From a virus (Duplodnaviria; Caudoviricetes), in IMG/VR virus record IMGVR_UViG_3300032173_000008, positions 1 through 53,563 of that record: a stretch of 53,563 bases of DNA. The stretch is one strand, 5' to 3'. A program made the position numbers and the translations under genes. The notes beneath the pieces are model-generated. The model saw only the letters and a list, made by a program, of their open reading frames with translations, was not told the DNA's origin and made no database searches. This document shows, one piece after another, positions 46,745 to 53,563 of the stretch (its first letter is position 1; each line of letters begins with the position of its first letter).

Positions 46745-47125
46745 TCATGCCGCCCCGCGGCGGGCTCGCCACGCGCGGACGTGAGCGCGCTGGGCCCCAC
46801 GGCACTCGTCGCACCGGCACCCGATCTCGTACATGGTCCGCGTCCCATGCCTGCGCGCCGCAATCCATTCGTATCGTGTCTTCTTTTTGTGACAGTCGAC
46901 GCAAAGCAGCTGGCACTTCGCGATTTCTTCCGTCCGACGTGCCGCGCTCCATGTCCAAATGCGATGGCTCACCTTCATCCTGCGGTCGATATGGTCGAGC
47001 TCAAGTTTTTCGATTGATCCACAGCCCACGCATGCACCGCCCATTGCCGCGTACGCCTCGCGTTTGCGCTGCTGAATCCAGCGGAGGTTGTAGATTCGCC
47101 GCGCCTGCCTATCGAGGATTGGCAT
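46745..47125 (-). CDS. HNH endonuclease
   Basis: CVGCG..LELDHID...CQLLCVDCH; HGT..Y..GCRCDEC. Confidence 0.85.
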   Translation of the reverse strand: MPILDRQARRIYNLRWIQQRKREAYAAMGGACVGCGSIEKLELDHIDRRMKVSHRIWTWSAARRTEEIAKCQLLCVDCHKKKTRYEWIAARRHGTRTMYEIGCRCDECRGAQRAHVRAWRARRGAA

Positions 47126-47316
47126 TGTACCGACCTTCTGTGCCGACCACGGATGAAAAATCCGTGACCATGCGTGCTGAATGTTGCCAGGAAAAACTGT
47201 GACGTGTGAGGGGAGACGCGGCCGGAACAGGCTTGTAAGGCCAGTGCTCTACCCCTGAGCTATCCGCCTGCCATGCGGGTTTGCTCACCCGCTGTACCGA
47301 CCCTACTGTACCGGCT
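47126..47316. other. Candidate attP with arm-type repeats
   Basis: TGTACCGACC (47126, 47293), TGTGCCGACC (47139) and TGTACCGGCT (47307) flank a tRNA fragment next to the integrase stop. Confidence 0.7.
47230..47269 (-). tRNA. 5' half of tRNA-Val(TAC) (fragment, att core)
   Basis: AGGCGGA TA GCTC AGGGGTA GAGC A CTGGC CTTACAA GCC; no T-arm (GTTCRA) or 3' acceptor strand follows. Confidence 0.8.
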
Positions 47317-48364
47317 TCGACCCTGTTTTCTGCATCGCGATCCAGTCGGACACAGCGGTCCCGGCCGCAATCGTTCGCTGGGCATCGGCGTGCAGGTAGA
47401 GACCAGTCGTCGCGACGTTGGCATGTCCGCCAAGCCGCTGCGCTGCAATCGGGTCCCCTGAAAGTCTCGCCGCATGAGTGAGATAGAAATGCCGCAAATC
47501 GCGCGGCGTGACAACCCCCAAGATCTTGGCCTTGGAACTGGCCCACGCGAGCGACTTGTTCGGCTTTAGGCGCCGGAACGGGGCGCGGCGCGCAATGATC
47601 CCATCGGCCTCGGCGCAGAGCGGAATCTCGCGAGGGTGACCCCACTTCGCACCCTCGGCAGGAACCTGCAGGATTGCCTGGCCGCCGATCGACTTGACGA
47701 CCCACGACGGTTGCAGCCGGTGCAATTCCTCGATGCGAAGTCCGGTCAGCATAATCAGACGGCACCGGTCGCGATGCCCAGCGCTCACGGCTTTGGGATG
47801 CATCCTGGACAACACAAGATCGATCTGTGCGAGGTCCCAGAGCTTGCCCTGTTGGCTCCTGTTGGGGGCGTCGCTTCGGATCTTTGGAATGTCGTCGGGG
47901 TCGAACGGGAGAGCGAAAATCGCCCGGTCCCGCTTGGCGATCCGAAGTCCTCGAACAAAGGCCTGCACCTCGCGTCTGATCGTCTGCCCCTTGACGCCCT
48001 CCCCTCGCCTCTTTCCTATGTACTGGTGCACGATCCCCACCGTTGACGACATCACATCGAAGCGCTCGCCGAGGATGCGGATCAGCGGCGCCCATAGCCA
48101 TTCTATCGTCTGGACACGTACTCTGCCCAGTCCGTCCGCCTCCGCTCGCGCAATGTCCATGGCTTCGAGGGTGCATAGGTCTACGCCTCGTCGCCGTCCA
48201 GGTGGACCTTCTCGTGATTCGACTTCAACGCGGATCGCGCGCGCTCTTTTCTCCGCTGTTCGGCGATCTCTCTCACCCGTGGTGAAACGGTACTCGGTGC
48301 CGCAATGCTGAAATTTGGTCCACCAGATAGAGCCGCGACGGAAGAGCATGAGCCGGCCTCGCAC
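47303..48364 (-). CDS. int: Tyrosine integrase
   Basis: Arm-binding-like N-terminus; TGLRIEEL, PRDLRH and GGHANVATTGLY. Confidence 0.92.
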   Translation of the reverse strand: MRGRLMLFRRGSIWWTKFQHCGTEYRFTTGERDRRTAEKRARAIRVEVESREGPPGRRRGVDLCTLEAMDIARAEADGLGRVRVQTIEWLWAPLIRILGERFDVMSSTVGIVHQYIGKRRGEGVKGQTIRREVQAFVRGLRIAKRDRAIFALPFDPDDIPKIRSDAPNRSQQGKLWDLAQIDLVLSRMHPKAVSAGHRDRCRLIMLTGLRIEELHRLQPSWVVKSIGGQAILQVPAEGAKWGHPREIPLCAEADGIIARRAPFRRLKPNKSLAWASSKAKILGVVTPRDLRHFYLTHAARLSGDPIAAQRLGGHANVATTGLYLHADAQRTIAAGTAVSDWIAMQKTGSKPVQ

Positions 48365-48549
48365 GCATCAAGGTATTCGTCGAGAGCGCAGGGGCGATAT
48401 CGCACAACGCTCCCGATCACGCAAACTGCTGGCCCGCGGCCTTCGCGAGCCAGTCTGCGCAATAGTGACGAGCTCACTCCCAAGTAGTGCGCCGCGTCGT
48501 CAACCGACATCGTTGCCGGTTCGATTTTGCGTGCTGCATCGGCGCTCAT
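48181..48549 (-). CDS. xis: Excisionase-like HTH protein
   Basis: MSVDDAAHYLGVSSSLLRRLAREGRGP...VRY; overlaps int start. Confidence 0.75.
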   Translation of the reverse strand: MSADAARKIEPATMSVDDAAHYLGVSSSLLRRLAREGRGPAVCVIGSVVRYRPCALDEYLDACEAGSCSSVAALSGGPNFSIAAPSTVSPRVREIAEQRRKERARSALKSNHEKVHLDGDEA

Positions 48550-48848
48550 AGTTTTGGCGGCTCCCTCCACGGCAACTCCGGCGCGGTCATCCTCGCGTGC
48601 GCCGGGCAGAAGTCGCGGTTATGGCCGACGTGCTTGGCGCACCTCCGGCAGATGGGCTTGTCGCAGGTCTTGCCATTTTTCTCGCCGTGCAGCGGGTAGT
48701 CGCAGAGCAGATCGGACGGACGCCCGCATCCGACACAGGGCTTACTCGCCTGACGGCCACGAGAGCATACCCAGCCGACGGCGTGACCGCTGCTGTCGGT
48801 GATGACTCGGCACGGGCTCATACGCACATCTCCTTGGCTCCAGTCCAT
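48546..48848 (-). CDS. Cys-rich hypothetical protein
   Basis: LLCDYP..TCDKPICRRC...DFCPAH. Confidence 0.6.
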   Translation of the reverse strand: MDWSQGDVRMSPCRVITDSSGHAVGWVCSRGRQASKPCVGCGRPSDLLCDYPLHGEKNGKTCDKPICRRCAKHVGHNRDFCPAHARMTAPELPWREPPKL

Positions 48849-49102
48849 ATGCCGCCCCTGATCGATCTCTCAGATGCATCTCGGCGCAGAGCCTCGATCC
48901 GCACATGCCTGACCAGATGATTTTCAACGTCGGACTGCGGCCACGCGATGTCAGTGTCGCGCATACTGGCGACTTCGGACGCGGTGAAAAGCCCGGCGTC
49001 GTCAAGGTCGGTGGTGTAGCCCATGCCCTCGTTGCGCCACCACAGGATGCAATTGCCAACGTAATACCGCGCGTCCTGGACGTAGTAGAGCTGTTCGGTC
49101 AC
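48818..49102 (-). CDS. Hypothetical protein
   Basis: YVGNCILWW..GYTTDLDDAG. Confidence 0.6.
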   Translation of the reverse strand: MTEQLYYVQDARYYVGNCILWWRNEGMGYTTDLDDAGLFTASEVASMRDTDIAWPQSDVENHLVRHVRIEALRRDASERSIRGGIWTGAKEMCV

Positions 49103-49650
49103 GTCCGCACCTCGTCATGGCACGGACACGCGCCCTCGCAAGAACACCCGCGGTAGTCGCTGTCAGGATCGTCGATGTTGTGGCATCCCTGCGTGCAGAC
49201 GAGTTGCCTCATCACCTCAGTCTCGACATCATCCGGCAAGGTCCACAGTCCTTGCGCGCCCCGGCACGGCACCGGGCACGACAGGGCAACGACGTCGGCG
49301 AGCACCCATCCTACAGGTCCACCAAACCACGGCGAGTCGATAGCCTCACAGATTTCTTGCTGGGTGAGCAGACCGTTGCCACGACCGCAAAAGTTTTTGA
49401 GGGCAATGCACCCGCGCAGTGTCGCCACGCACTCAATCGCGCCGTGAACAAACTCCTCTTTTGTGGGCACTTGTGCGGATGTCTCCTCACGAATCCAGAC
49501 AAGTGCGCGGTCGTCGAATTTCTTCCCCGCGTGGATGGCAACCCGCTGGCCGAACAATGAGTCCGGCGGCTGCCATTCACGGTTTTCGACTCGCTTGCCG
49601 GCATGGGCAATAGCCCAGGCCCAGGGCTGAATGAGGGTGAGGGCGCGCAT
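49099..49650 (-). CDS. ASCH domain protein
   Basis: ALTLIQPWAWAI..GKRVENREW, AIHAGK and RGAQGLW. Confidence 0.85.
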   Translation of the reverse strand: MRALTLIQPWAWAIAHAGKRVENREWQPPDSLFGQRVAIHAGKKFDDRALVWIREETSAQVPTKEEFVHGAIECVATLRGCIALKNFCGRGNGLLTQQEICEAIDSPWFGGPVGWVLADVVALSCPVPCRGAQGLWTLPDDVETEVMRQLVCTQGCHNIDDPDSDYRGCSCEGACPCHDEVRT

Positions 49651-50081
49651 CAGAACGGCCTCCCTCCGCTGTCATCGTCGACGCCGTTGTTCCCAAGGTC
49701 CTCGTCGTCATCGCCGGTCAGAGACGACAGGTCGTAAACCCCCGAACCGTGGGCCTCTCCGTCGTGCATGTCTCCACCGCAGAAGGTGCACGGAGGCGCG
49801 ACCAGTGCCGGCCGCTGTGGCATGTCCCACGCGTTGATGGGCGCTGGCATGCAGCGCGCTGCGATTGCTCGGCCTACTTCCTCTGTGCACGGCGTCTCTC
49901 GGTAGAGCGAGGCGCCGCCGAAAAACTGCGTCTTGAATCCGGCGCCGTCGGGGATGTCGATGCGGACGCACTTGGCGCCGTAGCGCTCGACCTCGGAGAC
50001 CTTACCCGCCATGCGGACGTAACCCATCAGCTCGACGACTGCCCAATATTCTTGCTCGTCTTTAATCATCGTTGCCATCAA
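49650..50081 (-). CDS. Hypothetical phage protein
   Basis: WAVVELMG...RIDIP...SLYRETP; acidic tail. Confidence 0.6.
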   Translation of the reverse strand: MMATMIKDEQEYWAVVELMGYVRMAGKVSEVERYGAKCVRIDIPDGAGFKTQFFGGASLYRETPCTEEVGRAIAARCMPAPINAWDMPQRPALVAPPCTFCGGDMHDGEAHGSGVYDLSSLTGDDDEDLGNNGVDDDSGGRPF

Positions 50082-50379
50082 CTATTTCCTTTGCGAGGTG
50101 CTTGAAGCACCCGAGGTCGATCGCTCTGGGGTCGCTGGCGACGAAGCTGAAGCGCCCCTCCTGTTCGATCCAGGGCTGCACCTCGATGCGGTCGTCGGCG
50201 GTGATGCCGCCAGCGCGCGCCACGTCTTCCTCATCGCGGAGGTAGGTGCCGTCCTTGTCCGGGTCGTGGTCGGGCGAGGCCGCGCCCTTCATCACCGCAA
50301 CGATGCGGACCTTGTGGCCGCGGAGGTACGCGTGCTCGCTGCCGTGGTAGGTGGTGACGGTGCCGATGGTCTTCTTCAT
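50062..50379 (-). CDS. Hypothetical protein
   Basis: AAGGAGG RBS; strongly G/C-ending codons. Confidence 0.65.
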   Translation of the reverse strand: MKKTIGTVTTYHGSEHAYLRGHKVRIVAVMKGAASPDHDPDKDGTYLRDEEDVARAGGITADDRIEVQPWIEQEGRFSFVASDPRAIDLGCFKHLAKEIVDGNDD

Positions 50380-50391
50380 GGTCGTCCTCCT

Positions 50392-50661
50392 TCAGCGGCG
50401 AGCCGCGTCCCACGCGGCCTTGCTGCCGTAGCGAAGCTGCTGGCCTTCGACGATGAAGACGTCGTTCCGCGCCGTGCCCTTTTCGAACCGGGGTTCCTCG
50501 CGATCTTCGTCATCGAGGTCTTCGTCGTCCTCGACGAGGTCCTCACGGACCGCGACCCCGGCGATCCCGTTCTCGAAGGGCCAGCTCTGCTGGCTCATGA
50601 GCAGGACCTCCGCTTCGGGGTCCAGGTCCTCCAGGATCTCGATCAGCTGTTTCACGTTCAT
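50392..50661 (-). CDS. Acidic hypothetical protein
   Basis: GGAGG RBS; MNVKQLIEILEDLDPEAEV. Confidence 0.65.
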   Translation of the reverse strand: MNVKQLIEILEDLDPEAEVLLMSQQSWPFENGIAGVAVREDLVEDDEDLDDEDREEPRFEKGTARNDVFIVEGQQLRYGSKAAWDAARR

Positions 50662-50719
50662 GGTCGTTTCCTCCGCGCCCGGGATGTCCAAGCGTCGAGC
50701 ACATACAGGCGTCGCTTTC

Positions 50720-50805
50720 CACGACACGGACACGCCGAGATACTGCGCCGCGGCGTGGCGGTTGAGGCGTCCGTCTTCTAGCTTGCGTGCGGCGTCGGCG
50801 CTCAT
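50720..50805 (-). pseudogene. Truncated second excisionase-like gene
   Basis: MSADAARKLEDGRLNRHAAAQYLGVSVSW; same start as xis. Confidence 0.55.
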
Positions 50806-51569
50806 GCGGCCTTTCCTTTTTTCTGCGCATCGACGGCGCGGCGCATCTGGCCAACGACTCGCTCGATGTTTGCCAGGTCTCGGTCGAGCGTGACGAGCCC
50901 GCCGGACACCAGATCGCCAAGATCGCGGCGGAACGCATCGACGGCCCAATGGTCGTCGGGATTGATTCCGCGCGCCGTCAGCTCAGAGCGGAGCGACTCA
51001 TACGATGCGACCTTCGTCTCGGCCGCAGAGACTCTTGTTGACGCGCCCAGGACCATCTCGCGAATACGCCGCGAGACTCTGCGGCCGAGGTCCGCGCGGT
51101 CGTTTTTATCCTCGAGCCATCGCCACCAATATTCGCGGTCGCCCGACGTCTCCTCAACGCGCTCCCTGGTGATCTTTGTACGACACATCAACACGTAGAC
51201 GAGCAGCGCGGCGGGCAACTCGATCTCGCGTCTCGCTGCCTTGCGCTTGGTATGCAGACGCTCACCCTCGCCCGACCAGAGCAGGCCTACGCCCTCGCCG
51301 AGTTCCTCCGGCTGAATGAGGCCGCGCGGGCAGACGAAATAGAGCTGGTGGCACAGCGGCAGATACGCCGGCCATTTGTCGTCGCGCAGGAAGTCCGACC
51401 GCGACTCTTTGATTTCGTACCCGATCATCGTGATCGGAGACCAACTTCGTCGCATTGCCCACGCATCGAGGCGGTGGTGCGATCCGGACTGCGTCGGCCC
51501 GTCCTTGCATTCGGAGACGAAGACGTCGGCGGCGTGCTTGGAGCGGAGCTTTTCGAGGATGTCGGTCAT
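50802..51569 (-). CDS. MmcB-like PD-(D/E)XK nuclease
   Basis: RLDAW, GYEIKESRSDFLRDDKW and LYFVCP. Confidence 0.75.
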   Translation of the reverse strand: MTDILEKLRSKHAADVFVSECKDGPTQSGSHHRLDAWAMRRSWSPITMIGYEIKESRSDFLRDDKWPAYLPLCHQLYFVCPRGLIQPEELGEGVGLLWSGEGERLHTKRKAARREIELPAALLVYVLMCRTKITRERVEETSGDREYWWRWLEDKNDRADLGRRVSRRIREMVLGASTRVSAAETKVASYESLRSELTARGINPDDHWAVDAFRRDLGDLVSGGLVTLDRDLANIERVVGQMRRAVDAQKKGKAA

Positions 51570-51871
51570 GTTCTGGCCCTCGTCTCCGCATGATGCTCTC
51601 GGTCGTAGCGCAAATGACAGCGCTGACAGAGCGCCCGCAGGTTCGACGGGCTGCAGTGCTCCGGCATGTGGTCAAGGTGCGCGACTGTCAGCACGATTTT
51701 ACCTCTCGCCCACGTCGCAGGCGTGCGGTTGCGCTCCTCGCATCGCCGGCCGTGGTGCAGGCCGCACTCGCCGGTGCACTCGCAGCGGTCGCCGGCCCGT
51801 CCTCGAATTGACCGCGAGATAGCCGGCCAGTTGTGCGGGTAGCGGGACTTGTTTTCGGGGCTGATTGGCAC
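51566..51871 (-). CDS. HNH-like protein
   Basis: VLTVAHLDH..NLRALCQRCHLRYD. Confidence 0.75.
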   Translation of the reverse strand: MPISPENKSRYPHNWPAISRSIRGRAGDRCECTGECGLHHGRRCEERNRTPATWARGKIVLTVAHLDHMPEHCSPSNLRALCQRCHLRYDREHHAETRART

Positions 51872-51875
51872 GACG

Positions 51876-53177
51876 TCACCCCTCCGCGCCCGGCTCGCGC
51901 ATCGGCAACGCGGCCTGTACACGCGCCGGCTTGGCGTCTGAGACTACATGCCCGTCCTCGATTACGACCGTGCACTCGTCGCCCTTGCCTACGCGTTCGA
52001 CCCACACCTGCGCCTCGGCCAAGGACGCCATCTCCGCGACCATCGCGAGGCTCTGCTCGTCGAGCAGCGACCCGTCTCGCACGAGCAACACCTTGAGCTT
52101 CGGGTGCATCGCGAGGCCGATCGCCACGCTCGCGCGCAATTGCTCGGCGCTCGATGCCTGGGCCAGCGGGAGTCCGGCGAGCGTGACGCCCGACTCGTCG
52201 AAGGCGAGGCCGTCGATCGGCATCTTGCAGGCCTCGAGCTTCTCGCGCTTGTGGTCCTCGGCCGCAGAAATCTCGTCGGTCAGCGCGTCCGACTTCGCAG
52301 TCTGCTCGGCCAGTTCGGCGGCGAGCTTCCTCCGCTCGATGGCATGGCGCGCCGCCGCGTTGATGTTCTGCACATCCTCGATCTGTTTGAGCACTTCGGC
52401 CTCATTCGCCTCAGACGTCGCGGCGAGTTCGGCAGACAGAGATCTACCAGTCGCCGTGACATGATCGAGTTCATGTCGCACCATCTCTAGATCGCTCTCG
52501 AATTTTGCGATCTTCTCCTTGTAAGACACCGCCGACTTGCGCAGTTGCTCAAGCCCGCTCGCCATCGTCGCTCTCTTGGCGTTGTGCTGTCGCCTCGTCG
52601 ACAGCTCGGCGGACAGGTCATGGATCGATACCTCGGCCGTCGGGGCGCCTTCGACCGAAGGTGGCAGCTTCGCGAGCGCGCCCTCGATGCGTTTGGCCTC
52701 GCGGTTGATGTCCGTGCGTTTATCGTACGCGGCTTGGCGCTTCGCCTCGATCGCGGATAGGTCGAGCCCGACGAGTTCGCGCACCGTCTCGGCCTGGGCC
52801 TTGGGGTCCATGCGAGAAAATGCGAGCGGGTCGAACGACAGCTTGCCGACGAGCCCGTCGAGCATCTTCTGTGGCGATCCGTATTTCGCTCCGTCCTTGT
52901 TGGTCACGGCGAGGGTACCCCCGCCGGCAGGCGTGAACGTGCGCTTGATGACCGTGCCGTCGTCGAGCGTCACGCAGACCTCGCCCTTGCTCGCACCGCG
53001 GCGCAGAGGCTCGGCCGGAACGAGGTCTTTTCCTCCTAGAGCCATGGCGATCGAGTCCAGCAGCGACGTTTTTCCCTGACCGTTGCGACCGCCCACGACG
53101 ACGAGCGATCCGTCGGGTTTCACACTCACGGCGACCAGACGCTTGACGTTCTCGGCTCTCAATTCGGTGATGTGCAT
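51876..53177 (-). CDS. SMC/Rad50-like ATPase with coiled coil
   Basis: GRNGQGKTS Walker A, long coiled coil, SSAEQ signature, LLVRDGSLLD. Confidence 0.85.
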   Translation of the reverse strand: MHITELRAENVKRLVAVSVKPDGSLVVVGGRNGQGKTSLLDSIAMALGGKDLVPAEPLRRGASKGEVCVTLDDGTVIKRTFTPAGGGTLAVTNKDGAKYGSPQKMLDGLVGKLSFDPLAFSRMDPKAQAETVRELVGLDLSAIEAKRQAAYDKRTDINREAKRIEGALAKLPPSVEGAPTAEVSIHDLSAELSTRRQHNAKRATMASGLEQLRKSAVSYKEKIAKFESDLEMVRHELDHVTATGRSLSAELAATSEANEAEVLKQIEDVQNINAAARHAIERRKLAAELAEQTAKSDALTDEISAAEDHKREKLEACKMPIDGLAFDESGVTLAGLPLAQASSAEQLRASVAIGLAMHPKLKVLLVRDGSLLDEQSLAMVAEMASLAEAQVWVERVGKGDECTVVIEDGHVVSDAKPARVQAALPMREPGAEG

Positions 53178-53544
53178 TTAGAACCCCGCTTCTTTCGTGT
53201 TCATGAGTGCCGAGCGCTCTCGCATCACTTCCTCGGCGGTCATCTGTTTTGGTGAGGCTGGCTCCTCGGGCTTCGTTGTCTCCACGATCTCGCCAGTCTT
53301 GGGGTCGTACGTCTCGGTCTCGGCCGGCGACGCGGCCTTCTTGCCGAACGTGCTGCGCCCCTCGGGCGGACGGCTCGGCTCTTGCTCGGTCACGTCGAGA
53401 GGTTCGGCTGCGATGTGCACGAAGTCTCCAGCCTCTTCGCTCGAGATGATCCCGCGCAGCTTGTCCGGGAAGGCGTCACGCAGGGCGAACCCGCGGGCGC
53501 GCTGCTGCAGCATGCGCTTCGGGTACTGCGACCACGGTCCTTGT
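53178..53544 (-). CDS. RecT-like protein, 3' part (continuation of 575..1)
   Basis: RMLQQRARGFALRDAFPDKLRG followed by a disordered tail. Confidence 0.75.
53419..53544. repeat. Terminal direct repeat / circular overlap (copy 2)
   Basis: Identical to 1-126. Confidence 0.95.
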
Positions 53545-53563
53545 ACCCGAAGCGCATGCTGCA

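Noticed and set aside
47200-47269. Complete phage-encoded tRNA-Val
   Set aside because: No T-arm or 3' acceptor strand; only the 5' half is present.
53506-53563. Terminal 21-bp inverted repeat (53506-53526 / 53543-53563) as a hairpin telomere
   Set aside because: The other copy of this region (position 127 onward) continues the RecT-like frame normally and no protelomerase is present; most likely a chimeric-read artefact.

Overview
This window is an apparently complete, circular, high-GC temperate phage genome of about 53.4 kb: bases 1-126 recur at 53419-53544, and the last ~20 nt are a fold-back artefact. It has a lambdoid-type early region: cI/cro switch with four ACACC-N5-GGTGT operators and two sigma70-like promoters, a RecT-like/exonuclease/SMC-like ATPase recombination module, initiator plus DnaB, RuvC-like resolvase, and a tyrosine integrase with xis. 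This is joined to a Mu-like head and contractile-tail module and a lysis cassette; no Mu transposase is visible. Most unusual observations: (1) the candidate attP carries the 5' half, not the usual 3' half, of a tRNA-Val(TAC), which predicts a promoter swap on integration; (2) an orphan IS200/IS605 TnpB omegaRNA-like right end with no tnpB gene; (3) two possible host-signalling modules, a stand-alone CheY-like receiver and a MshEN-like motif protein inside the lysis cassette; (4) a MuF-metallopeptidase with a candidate immunity gene; (5) a methyltransferase-like gene frameshifted at a G9 tract. All family assignments come from motif recognition by eye, not database searches. The host is unknown.
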